Source of the DNA: an uncultured Saprospiraceae bacterium | Lineage (GTDB): Bacteria > Bacteroidota > Bacteroidia > Chitinophagales > Saprospiraceae | NCBI GenBank assembly: GCA_964604025.1 | Contig: CAZRXJ010000001.1 | Span: forward strand, 1-37,017 | Direction: 5' to 3' | Length of the DNA: 37,017 nucleotides | In this document: one piece after another, positions 8,487-17,398 of the stretch | Layout of the letters: each line of letters begins with the position of its first letter | How positions within the stretch are numbered: the first letter of the stretch is position 1 | Position numbers and translations under genes: made by a program | The notes under the pieces: generated by a model | What the model saw: the letters and a program-made list of their open reading frames with translations, nothing else | Told to the model about the DNA's origin: nothing | Database searches by the model: none

Positions 8487-9105
8487 TAGATAAGAGATGA
8501 CCCATCTCTTCTTGTTTTGTGCGAAGATAATCTTGACTATTCTTAGTAGGTTTGATTATTAGCGGTATACGTTCTATAACTTCTATTTCTTTTGTACTAA
8601 GACCTGATACCTTTTCAGGATTATTAGTGATTAACTTTATCCTCTTGATGTCTAATGTTTTCAATATAGCAGCTGCGACATCATATTCTCTGTAGTCAGA
8701 AGCAAGCCCTAGTGCTTCGTTCGCTTGGATCGTATCAAGGCCTTTCTCTTGATGTTTGTATGCTTTCAACTTATTGATGATACCAATCCCTCTCCCCTCT
8801 TGTCTAAGATAAATCAAAAGACCTTTTTGGTTTGATAAGATTTTCATCGCCTCATGAAGTTGCTCTCCACAATCACATTTTTGTGAATGAAAGATATCAC
8901 CTGTGATACACTCAGAGTGAACCCTGACATATACTGGTTCTGAAGGATCTAATTCTGGATGTCTCAGTGCGATATGTGGTGTATAGTCTCCTGTATCATC
9001 AGTATGTGCTGTAATGATAAAATCACCCCATTCTGTAGGAAGCAAAGCTTCTGCTTGCTGCGTAGCAAGGTCTTCCGATTGTTTATTTTTAGAATCTATA
9101 GTCAT
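8476..9105 (-). CDS. ribA: GTP cyclohydrolase II (monofunctional)
   Basis: HSECITGDIFHSQKCDCGEQL (Zn-binding Cys triad), LLIYLRQEGRGIGIINKLKAYKHQEKGLDTIQANEALG. The start overlaps the rsgA stop (TAATG, 1-nt overlap). Confidence 0.92.
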   Translation of the reverse strand: MTIDSKNKQSEDLATQQAEALLPTEWGDFIITAHTDDTGDYTPHIALRHPELDPSEPVYVRVHSECITGDIFHSQKCDCGEQLHEAMKILSNQKGLLIYLRQEGRGIGIINKLKAYKHQEKGLDTIQANEALGLASDYREYDVAAAILKTLDIKRIKLITNNPEKVSGLSTKEIEVIERIPLIIKPTKNSQDYLRTKQEEMGHLLSNDD

Positions 9106-10052
9106 TAATAATCTTTAATGCGCTCCCAGTGATTTTGGTTTTCCACTTCATCAATTAATTGCAAGTAATTACCATATCTCAATTCACTTATATCTCCATT
9201 CTCAATAGCATCTTTCACGGCACACTTTGGCTCATTGCGGTGGGTGCAGTCTCCATATTTGCAGTCAGAAGAGGTCGTAAATATTTCCCTAAAGTTATGC
9301 GCTATATCCATCACTTCAAGATGATTAAAACTTAGTGATTTTAATCCTGGCGTGTCTATGATGCTCCCACCATGTTCTAATTCATACATTTCTGCAAAGG
9401 TAGTGGTATGTTGCCCCTTTCCAGAATAATCAGACAAGGTCTTGGTTCTAATATTGGCATTCATACTGACAGCATTGATGATAGATGATTTTCCTACCCC
9501 TGACTGTCCGGCTATCAGTGTCTTTTTGTTTTTAATTAATCCCAATAACTTGTCTATTCCTTTTTCTTCTTTAACCGATGTTATCAATACTTTATATTCG
9601 ATATGTTCATAAATATCTTTCAAGTATTGATATACCCTCATATGTCCTTCATCATATAAGTCACTTTTATTAAATACAATATGAACAGGTATATTATACG
9701 GTTCAGTCATAAGTAAAAACCTGTCTATAAATCCTTGTTTTAATTTTGGATTTACAATAGTGACAATTACAATAGCTTGATCAATGTTGGCTGCAAGAAG
9801 ATGGAGATAATGCTTCTTACGAGGTGACTGTCTAACCACATAGTTAACTCGATTTTCTATTTCTTCTATAACTGCTACTTTATCTGCTCCGACAGTATAT
9901 AAGACTCGATCACCAACGCCAACGGGATTAGTCAACTTAAATCCTTGAAGTTTGAATTTTCCACGTATTACTGCATTGTATACATTACTATTGCTTTCAT
10001 CTTTTATGATGTAAAACTTGCCAGTAGATTTGATAACTAATCCTTTCTTCAT
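9105..10052 (-). CDS. rsgA: Ribosome small-subunit-dependent GTPase A
   Basis: Circularly permuted GTPase order: NKSD (G4) precedes GQSGVGKSS (G1) and DTPG (G3). C-terminal zinc knuckle CKYGDCTHRNEPKCAV. N-terminal OB-like region. Confidence 0.92.
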   Translation of the reverse strand: MKKGLVIKSTGKFYIIKDESNSNVYNAVIRGKFKLQGFKLTNPVGVGDRVLYTVGADKVAVIEEIENRVNYVVRQSPRKKHYLHLLAANIDQAIVIVTIVNPKLKQGFIDRFLLMTEPYNIPVHIVFNKSDLYDEGHMRVYQYLKDIYEHIEYKVLITSVKEEKGIDKLLGLIKNKKTLIAGQSGVGKSSIINAVSMNANIRTKTLSDYSGKGQHTTTFAEMYELEHGGSIIDTPGLKSLSFNHLEVMDIAHNFREIFTTSSDCKYGDCTHRNEPKCAVKDAIENGDISELRYGNYLQLIDEVENQNHWERIKDY

Positions 10053-10063
10053 ACTGACCTTGT

Positions 10064-10804
10064 TCAGATCGCTACATGACTATTAAATGCAGCATAGAGC
10101 TCTAGTATCCTTTCAGGGTGTTTTTCTAAAGCTGTACCTATTACAACCATATCTGCTCCTGAGTCAATTGCCTTCTCTATATCAGTACTTTCGGTGATTC
10201 CGCCACCCACGATAAGTGGGATATTGATCGTTGACTTTACTTTCTTAATCATCTCAGACCGTGCGGGCTTCATAGCTCCACTCCCAGATTCAAGATATAT
10301 GCACTTCATACCAAGTAGTTGTCCTGCTAACGCCGTTTGAGCCGCTAGTTCTGATTGATTAGACGGTATCGGCAATGTCTGAGTGAGATAAGTTGTAGCA
10401 CTTGGTTGACCGCCATCGACTAAGATATAGCCCATAGAGAATACTGGTAATCCACTTTGATGAATAATACTTGCAGACTCTACATGTTTCCCAATAAGAT
10501 AATCTGCATTACGGCCGGAGATAAGCGAAGGAAGCAACAAACCGTCAGCTTGAGCAGACAATTGAAAAGAGTTTCCAGGAAAGAGTAATAAGGGCTTGTC
10601 TGTTACTTTTTTAATACGGCTTATAATAAGATCAATATTTGCTGTTCTCGATGTACTGCCGCCTATAAGCACGACATCACCAAGGCCATTCGACAAAAAG
10701 CCCAATAATTCATCCAATTTTTGATCCTTTTCGTGATCAGGATCTATTAAGACAGCAAACTTTGGGCTTTCGTCAAATATGTCTCTCATCAAATTCATGC
10801 TCAA
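10064..10804 (-). CDS. pcrB: Geranylgeranylglyceryl / heptaprenylglyceryl phosphate synthase family protein (PcrB-like)
   Basis: A TIM-barrel prenyltransferase pattern: VVLIGGS early, YLESGSG, and IPLIVGGGITESTDIEKAIDSGADMVVIGTALEKHPE at the C-terminus. The track start at 10804 is TTG; an in-frame ATG at 10798 (MNLMRD...) is more likely. Confidence 0.8.
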   Translation of the reverse strand: MSMNLMRDIFDESPKFAVLIDPDHEKDQKLDELLGFLSNGLGDVVLIGGSTSRTANIDLIISRIKKVTDKPLLLFPGNSFQLSAQADGLLLPSLISGRNADYLIGKHVESASIIHQSGLPVFSMGYILVDGGQPSATTYLTQTLPIPSNQSELAAQTALAGQLLGMKCIYLESGSGAMKPARSEMIKKVKSTINIPLIVGGGITESTDIEKAIDSGADMVVIGTALEKHPERILELYAAFNSHVAI

Positions 10805-10837
10805 ACATAAAGCTATTTCAGCACTGACATCTTTCTT

Positions 10838-10880
10838 AAAATAGAAAAAGGGATATAACGATCTTCATCGTCTATCCCTT
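10838..10880 (-). terminator. Intrinsic-terminator-like hairpin in the intergenic region upstream of pcrB
   Basis: The minus-strand RNA reads AAGGGAUA-g-ACGAU-GAAG-AUCGU-ua-UAUCCCUU, giving 8-bp and 5-bp stems and a 4-nt loop. It is followed directly by UUUCUAUUUU. No annotated ORF lies upstream of it on this strand. Confidence 0.5.
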
Positions 10881-11171
10881 AGTGTCGTATGAAAAACTAA
10901 ATATGTCTTCCTCACAATTAAGTGAAGTGTAAGTCTTATTAATTTATTTTTCTAGCAATTCGTTCCAGTGCTATAGGCTCAAATCTTAACCATTGAGTCA
11001 TATAGCCATTTAAATATCCAATTGATACTTCTTATTAACTTTTTCATGTACGAGACTTTTGGGGTTACTTAAATCTGATTCAAAGATAAAGGTACCAGCA
11101 AACCATTCTCTACTTCTATATTAACAAGTTATGCATCTATATTGTCTCTTATTGGTGTAAACACGGATATA

Positions 11172-11204
11172 TTGGTTAATTAAACCCTTAATGTCGTAAT
11201 TTTG
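11172..11204 (+). promoter_or_regulatory. Candidate Bacteroidota sigma-A promoter for the AraC-family gene
   Basis: TAATTTTG at 11197-11204 matches the -7 consensus TAnnTTTG. TTG at 11172-11174 gives a 22-nt spacer, slightly long. The start codons TTG 11217 and ATG 11223 lie 13-19 nt downstream. Confidence 0.3.
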
Positions 11205-11216
11205 GCCAAATATTAA

Positions 11217-12131
11217 TTGGATATGAATTCATTGTTAGCGGAAGAAGAATTTGCTTTTGTGAACCACAAGCCTTCTCTCGAAAAGGTGGAACACTCTTTT
11301 GGACGTTCTTTTACTTTCATGAGGTTCAATGACATGCAGCCCAATAATGATCCTGTATGGCACTATCACCCAGAAATAGAGTTGGTCTTTGTAGAACAAG
11401 GCAATGGCAAGAGACATATTGGCAATCACATATCCTATTATACTGATGGAGACTTGGTTATGATTGGGTCTAATCTGCCTCATTATGGATTTACAGATCG
11501 GCTTACGGTTAGAAATAGAGAGAACATCATCCAGTTTCATCCTGATATTATCCAACAGGCATTTGACAAAGTTCCCGAATTAAGAAAGATCTCCCAACTT
11601 GTAAATCTCTCGCAACACGGTCTTTCTTTTTATGGCGAGACAAAGAAAAAAGTAGGCGAACTCACCAACAAAATGGCCATTCAAAGTCATTTCGAGCAGT
11701 TTATCAGTCTATTATCAATCCTTAATATTTTAGCCTCTTCTGACGAATATCACCAACTCAACGCTTCTAAGATGACAGTTCAAGCTTCACTACAGGATCA
11801 TGTTAGAATCAAAGTTGTATTTAGTCATGTGATCGATAACTTCCAAGCGAACATTCCCCTTGAAAAAGTAGCGAGTTTAATCAATATGACCGTTCCTTCG
11901 TTTTGTCGATATTTCAAAAAACAAACTGGTAAGACATTCACACAGTTCGTTAACGAATATAGGATTACACATGCTTGTAAACTGTTGTCAGAAACCAGTA
12001 GGCCTATATCAGATATTTGTTTCGAATGCGGCTTTAATAATTTCGCTCATTTCAACAAGCAGTTCAAAAAGATTACTGCTCAAAATCCAAGTAACTATCG
12101 TGCAGAGTTCAAACAAGTTGTTTCGGCGTAA
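11217..12131 (+). CDS. AraC family transcriptional regulator with N-terminal cupin sensor domain
   Basis: Cupin segment HYHPEIELVFVEQGNGKRHIGNHISYYTDGDLVMIGSNLPH. C-terminal double HTH ...VASLINMTVPSFCRYFKKQTGKTFTQFVNEYRITHACKLL...ISDICFECGFNNFAHFNKQFKKITAQNPSNYR. ATG 11223 is an alternative start. Confidence 0.85.
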   Translation: MDMNSLLAEEEFAFVNHKPSLEKVEHSFGRSFTFMRFNDMQPNNDPVWHYHPEIELVFVEQGNGKRHIGNHISYYTDGDLVMIGSNLPHYGFTDRLTVRNRENIIQFHPDIIQQAFDKVPELRKISQLVNLSQHGLSFYGETKKKVGELTNKMAIQSHFEQFISLLSILNILASSDEYHQLNASKMTVQASLQDHVRIKVVFSHVIDNFQANIPLEKVASLINMTVPSFCRYFKKQTGKTFTQFVNEYRITHACKLLSETSRPISDICFECGFNNFAHFNKQFKKITAQNPSNYRAEFKQVVSA

Positions 12132-12195
12132 CATCAATCCAATTATGCCTTCCATGTTTCTATAATAACACAGCTCACTTTTAAGTTTAAGTTGG

Positions 12196-14715
12196 ATGAA
12201 CACCCCAGAAGAAAAGCTATTTGGCAAAATATCTTATGGCCACGTTATAAAGGCATTGTGGTCGCTTACAATTTTGGGTTTTGTCATTTTAATTGGTCTC
12301 TTCATTTATGTAGCCAGCACAAAAATGCCAAATACCCAAGAATTAGAAAATCCAAAATTTGAAGAATCTACCATTATCTACTCAATTGATTCTGTAGAAT
12401 TAGATAAATACTTCCAGCGCAACAGACAATGGGTAAAATATGAAGAGATATCTCCCAATATTGTAAATGCGCTCATGGCAACTGAAGATTATCGCTTTTT
12501 TGATCACAGTGGTATTGATGCAAGAGGAACAGCAAGAGCAGTTGCATTTTTGGGCAACAAAGGTGGCGCAAGCACTATTACACAACAGTTAGCCAAACAG
12601 TTTTATACAGAAAAAAGATCTTCATTTTTCCCAAAGCGGGTCTGGCAAAAAATGAAAGAGTGGGTTATAGCAATAGAGTTTGAAAGACGATATACGAAAG
12701 AAGAACTAATGGCAATGTTTCTAAACAAGTTTGACTTTCTCCATCAAGCTAATGGTATTGGATCTGCCGCAAACATTTATTTTGGAAAAAGTCAAAATGA
12801 ATTATCAATCCCAGAAGCAGCTGTATTGATTGGCATGCTAAAGAGTCCTACTATTTATAATCCAGTAAGTTCCTACGATCGTTCTCATCACAGAAGAAAT
12901 GTTGTGCTTTCTCAAATGAGAAAATATAAGTTTATAACAACAGAAGAATTTGACAATTGGAAAAACGAACCGATAGACATTTCTAATTTTAGTCGAGGAG
13001 AAAACTATAGTGGCCCTGCTCCACACTTCATGGCCGTATTAAAAAATCGGGTTAGAAACATCCTCATAGAGAATAACATAACAAAACCTGGAGGGGAGCG
13101 CTTCAACATTGACACTGATGGTCTCAAGATATATACTACTATAAATTATAAATATCAAACCCATGCAGCTAACGCCGCTCAAAATCACATGAGGTCACAA
13201 CAGCGCAAGTTTTTTGAAACATGGGAAGGGCATGATCCATGGACCTACATTGAAAATGATAAGAACTTAACCGAAAAAGAAGCAAAAAGACAGTTAAGAA
13301 TTAGAGATAATAAGTTATCTTTTCTAATAGAAAGTTCTAAAAGATATAAACATCTCAGATATAAATATCTGGACAAAATTATAAAAGAAATAAAATCCGA
13401 TATTCCAGATGCACGCCTTTATACTGGCGATATCAATAGACTTTTGAATGCCGAAAAAGATAGGTCATATCTCAACAAGCAAGTCAGTATCAAAACTTTC
13501 AGTCAAGCACAAAAAGATGTTTATGTGAAGATCTTGGATGGGCCTCATTGGGATAAGTTGAAGATCCAATGGGAGATTTTAAAATCACAGACTAAAAAAG
13601 TTTTCAATGAAAAAAGCAACATGTCCATCTATGGATATGATGGCCCAATCGAGGTTAATATGTCTCCTATAGATTCAATAAAATATATGGAGAGTTTTCT
13701 TCAGATAGGATCTATCTCTATGGACCCCAAGACTGGACATATCAAGTCATGGATCGGAGGTAGTGATTATGGCATGTGGAAGTATGATCATGTCACTACA
13801 AGAAGACAGGTGGGATCTACCTTTAAACCGTTTCTTTATACTGCCGCTCTTAATAGTGCTCTTTCTCCTTGTATGAAAGTACGAGATGTACAACATACAA
13901 TTCCTGCTGGTAATCAATTTGGAATACAAAAATCCTGGAGTCCCAAGAATACAAGAGATGAATTTACCGGTGAGGAGTTTACGCTTAAAGAGGGATTGAA
14001 GAAATCCCTTAATTCGGTATCTGTATGGATCCTAAATGAGATAGGTTCTGTCCGACCTGTTGTTCAAGTTGCCGAGAACATGGGCATCTCAGAAGATCGA
14101 ATACCCACCTACCCTTCCATAATTCTTGGATCTCCAGAGCTCTCGGTATTAGAAATGACAAGTGCATATAGCACTTTTGCTAATAACGGGGTCAGTCCAA
14201 AGCCCGTATTTATAAGTAGAATCGAGCATGACGGAGTTGTCATATACGAAGAAAGCTCAAGTAGTCGTCGATCTATCAATGAAAATGTCAACTATGCTAT
14301 GGTTCAATTGCTAAAGCATGCATCGAGTGTCGTAGGCTATCAATTAGAAACAGAATTTGGCGGTAAGACTGGTACAAGTAACGATCATGTGGATGGTTGG
14401 TTTATGGGCGTAACTCCAGAATTAGTAACAGGAACATGGGTTGGAGGGCCATATAATTGGATCAGGTTTTTATCCCTTGAGGAGGGTCAAGGAGGAAGAA
14501 TGGCCAGACCGTTTTTTCTTGATTATATGAAAAGACTCGAAGAGGATGACTCAATATCTTTTGATAGTAATGCAAAGTTTTATGTTCCTGAAGAAATAAC
14601 AATAACTACAGATTGCGAAGCATACTCGGATGCAAGGTCTGATGGTCCTCTGGATGATCCCTTTGATGATGAATTTGAAGATTTAGAAGATATTCAAGAA
14701 GATATAGACAGATAA
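12196..14715 (+). CDS. Class A penicillin-binding protein (bifunctional glycosyltransferase/transpeptidase, PBP1A-like), copy 1
   Basis: N-terminal TM anchor. GT51 motifs EDYRFFDHSGID, GASTITQQLAK, KEWVIAIEFERRYTKEE. Transpeptidase motifs STFKP (SxxK), SLN (SxN), KTGT. Acidic C-terminal tail. Confidence 0.92.
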   Translation: MNTPEEKLFGKISYGHVIKALWSLTILGFVILIGLFIYVASTKMPNTQELENPKFEESTIIYSIDSVELDKYFQRNRQWVKYEEISPNIVNALMATEDYRFFDHSGIDARGTARAVAFLGNKGGASTITQQLAKQFYTEKRSSFFPKRVWQKMKEWVIAIEFERRYTKEELMAMFLNKFDFLHQANGIGSAANIYFGKSQNELSIPEAAVLIGMLKSPTIYNPVSSYDRSHHRRNVVLSQMRKYKFITTEEFDNWKNEPIDISNFSRGENYSGPAPHFMAVLKNRVRNILIENNITKPGGERFNIDTDGLKIYTTINYKYQTHAANAAQNHMRSQQRKFFETWEGHDPWTYIENDKNLTEKEAKRQLRIRDNKLSFLIESSKRYKHLRYKYLDKIIKEIKSDIPDARLYTGDINRLLNAEKDRSYLNKQVSIKTFSQAQKDVYVKILDGPHWDKLKIQWEILKSQTKKVFNEKSNMSIYGYDGPIEVNMSPIDSIKYMESFLQIGSISMDPKTGHIKSWIGGSDYGMWKYDHVTTRRQVGSTFKPFLYTAALNSALSPCMKVRDVQHTIPAGNQFGIQKSWSPKNTRDEFTGEEFTLKEGLKKSLNSVSVWILNEIGSVRPVVQVAENMGISEDRIPTYPSIILGSPELSVLEMTSAYSTFANNGVSPKPVFISRIEHDGVVIYEESSSSRRSINENVNYAMVQLLKHASSVVGYQLETEFGGKTGTSNDHVDGWFMGVTPELVTGTWVGGPYNWIRFLSLEEGQGGRMARPFFLDYMKRLEEDDSISFDSNAKFYVPEEITITTDCEAYSDARSDGPLDDPFDDEFEDLEDIQEDIDR

Positions 14716-14773
14716 ACGATCCAGCTCGAATAAGATTATTTTAGGACTTATATTGCAGGCACATTAGTATATA

Positions 14774-17371
14774 ATGAACTGGTTTAAAAGATTGTGGTCT
14801 TCACAGGTAGAAAAGTCCTGGTTATTATGGTTGAGTCGATTCCTATGGGCTTCAGCAATCATTGGAGTTATCACAAGTGCTATTATCATTATAGTCGTCG
14901 CCAAATCAGATCTGCCGACATTTGAAGATTTAGAAAATCCAAAGTATGATCTGGCTTCGATAATATATGATGCTAATGACGTGCCTTATGGCAAATACTA
15001 TATTGAGAATAGAGAGTTCATAGAGTTTAGAGACCTCTCTCCTAATATATACAACGCGCTTCTCAGCGTTGAAGATGCAAGATACAATAACCACTCAGGG
15101 ATAGATTTTAGGGCTTTATTGCGGGTTGCGTTCAAATCTGTTTTGCTACAACAGCAAAGTAGTGGTGGCGGAAGCACAATAACTCAACAACTTGCTAAAC
15201 TCTTGTTTAAGCGTTCGAGTCTTTCTGGTAAGTCAACTATTAATCGAGCAATAGCCCTGGCTACTATCAAATTCAAAGAATGGATTACGGCTGTTAGGTT
15301 AGAAAGAAGCTATACAAAAGAAGAGATTATAGCCATGTATCTCAACAAGTTTGAATTCATCAATGGTGCACATGGTATTCATTCTGCCAGTGAGATTTAT
15401 TTTGGTAAGGACCAGAGAGATATTAAAATAGAAGAAGCTGCAGTGCTGGTAGGTATGTTGAAAAATCCTGCTTTATACAATCCTGTAAGATTTCCCGATC
15501 GAAGTCTTGGGCGTCGTGATGTTGTCCTAAGTATGATGAGAAACAACGAAAAGTTAGACAAAACCTCTTTCGATAGTTTAAAAGCCCTGACGTTAGATAT
15601 GTCTAACTTCAAAAGAAGCAGCCAAAGTGAGGGTATAGCTCCTTATTTTCGAGCAGAACTGACGAAGTGGTTGCGTCCTCTCTTGCAACAATCTCAGTAC
15701 CATAAACCTGAAGGAGGAATTTATGATATTTATAGAGATGGACTTAAAATATATACAACCATAGATACCAGATATCAAGTATTAGCCGAAGAAGCTGTAA
15801 AGGAACATCTTAAGGAGATTCAAGAGCGGTATTGGAGAGTATGGAAGCACAAAGATCCTTTCACATTTGAAGCCGAAGGCATTCAAGAAGAACTTCGTAG
15901 AGAAGGATTACAAAGAAGGATAAGAGATACAGATCTGTATCAAGATTTATATCAGCAATCTTTTGCTGAACTGGACAAGGAGAGTCGTGACCAGTTTGAC
16001 ATTAATTTAAAAGAACCAACGATAAGAAGACTTCAAAAAGATATAGCTTATCTAGATCAGATAGATTCTGATGTACGGTCGAAGTTCAAAAAGTTAGTTC
16101 GGGCTGACCTTTGGAAAGATATAACAAGGATATGGGGTCAATTCGAAAAGAAGGTTGAAAGCGCTTTTGATCAAGAAGTAGAAGCAACTCTTTTTTCATA
16201 TGATAACGATGGCATAGACATTAAAACAATGTCTCGCCGAGATTCTGTTCTATTTCATCTTAGACACTTGCAAGCCGGGGTTTTGTCCGTCGACCCTAAG
16301 ACTGGAGAAATCAAAGCTTGGGTTGGAGGGCCTTCTCACGAGTATTTCAAATACGATCATGTTACCATGCGTCGCCAAGTCGGTTCTACTATAAAACCCT
16401 TTGTTTATGCTACTGCAATAGGAGTACAAGGCATTCCTCCATGTCAGACTTTTAATGATATCCAGTATACAATCGCACCTGGTGATGCTAATTTTCATGT
16501 AGATGCAGAATGGTCTCCTTCTAATGCTAATGGCACATTTACACAAAACAAATACAATCTCTATCAAGGGCTTTTATACTCAAAAAATAGTATTACTGTG
16601 CGGATTGTTAAAGAACTGGGAACTGTGGACCCTATAAGAGATCTACTTCATAATGTAGGTATAGACAAATATGAACGCATAAACGGTGGACGTTATGTTG
16701 TGCCAGAAGTGCCTTCACTAGCACTGGGTTCTGTGGATTTATCTTTACTAGAGATGACAGGTGCTTACACAACATTTGCTAATGATGGTGTATATACAAA
16801 GCCAACTTTCATAAGTCGTATCGAAGATAAAAATGGTAAGGTGATCTATCAGAGTACGCTCGAACAAAAAAGAGCGCTCAACAAATTGTACAATGCCGTT
16901 CTAGTGGATATGCTACGAAACAATGTGGGAGGGGGTTTTGGCCTCGGGATAAAAATACCAGCTGGTGGTAAGACCGGAACTACTAATGACTATGCAGATG
17001 GCTGGTTTATGGGCATAACTCCAAGTTTAGTTACGGGTACTTGGGTAGGCGGAGATGAAAAATGGGTGCGATTTTATACGCTTGATGATGGTCAGGGCTT
17101 TGTCATGGCCAGGCCTGTTTTTCAAAAGTATATGAAGAAGATAGAGGCTGATCCCGATATTAAATTCAATACTGATGTTTCTTTTTCAGATCCGCCTCCA
17201 GGCTTTCAGGCGCTTGCAGATTGTTCAAGATATAAGCAGCAAGATCCTGAAGAAGAAAGAGAGATTCAACGAGGCCAACAAGAAGAACTTAATGAGTTTG
17301 ATGATATTGAGTTAGAAGAGTTTGAACTCGAGGAAGAACTACCAGAGATTGACTCAAGTAGATTATATTGA
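14774..17371 (+). CDS. Class A penicillin-binding protein (PBP1A-like), copy 2 (tandem paralog)
   Basis: N-terminal TM anchor. EDARYNNHSGID, GGSTITQQLAK, KEWITAVRLERSYTKEE. STIKP, SKN, KTGT. Very acidic C-terminal tail EELNEFDDIELEEFELEEELPEID. Confidence 0.92.
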   Translation: MNWFKRLWSSQVEKSWLLWLSRFLWASAIIGVITSAIIIIVVAKSDLPTFEDLENPKYDLASIIYDANDVPYGKYYIENREFIEFRDLSPNIYNALLSVEDARYNNHSGIDFRALLRVAFKSVLLQQQSSGGGSTITQQLAKLLFKRSSLSGKSTINRAIALATIKFKEWITAVRLERSYTKEEIIAMYLNKFEFINGAHGIHSASEIYFGKDQRDIKIEEAAVLVGMLKNPALYNPVRFPDRSLGRRDVVLSMMRNNEKLDKTSFDSLKALTLDMSNFKRSSQSEGIAPYFRAELTKWLRPLLQQSQYHKPEGGIYDIYRDGLKIYTTIDTRYQVLAEEAVKEHLKEIQERYWRVWKHKDPFTFEAEGIQEELRREGLQRRIRDTDLYQDLYQQSFAELDKESRDQFDINLKEPTIRRLQKDIAYLDQIDSDVRSKFKKLVRADLWKDITRIWGQFEKKVESAFDQEVEATLFSYDNDGIDIKTMSRRDSVLFHLRHLQAGVLSVDPKTGEIKAWVGGPSHEYFKYDHVTMRRQVGSTIKPFVYATAIGVQGIPPCQTFNDIQYTIAPGDANFHVDAEWSPSNANGTFTQNKYNLYQGLLYSKNSITVRIVKELGTVDPIRDLLHNVGIDKYERINGGRYVVPEVPSLALGSVDLSLLEMTGAYTTFANDGVYTKPTFISRIEDKNGKVIYQSTLEQKRALNKLYNAVLVDMLRNNVGGGFGLGIKIPAGGKTGTTNDYADGWFMGITPSLVTGTWVGGDEKWVRFYTLDDGQGFVMARPVFQKYMKKIEADPDIKFNTDVSFSDPPPGFQALADCSRYKQQDPEEEREIQRGQQEELNEFDDIELEEFELEEELPEIDSSRLY

Positions 17372-17398
17372 TAACCTTAATTTATTTAAATAGGCATT

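Noticed and set aside
10805-11216. FMN (RFN) riboswitch upstream of the operon containing ribA
   Set aside because: I looked for the conserved RFN core (GGGCAGGGTGAAATTCCC-type and CCGACAGT-type segments) on the minus strand and found nothing resembling it. ribA is also the third gene of the operon. The region is reported only as an unclassified leader or small-transcript candidate.
12196-17371. Tandem PBP genes as an assembly duplication, or one copy as a pseudogene
   Set aside because: The nucleotide sequences differ throughout, even in the conserved KTGT/GWFMG block. Both frames are uninterrupted and both retain every catalytic motif.
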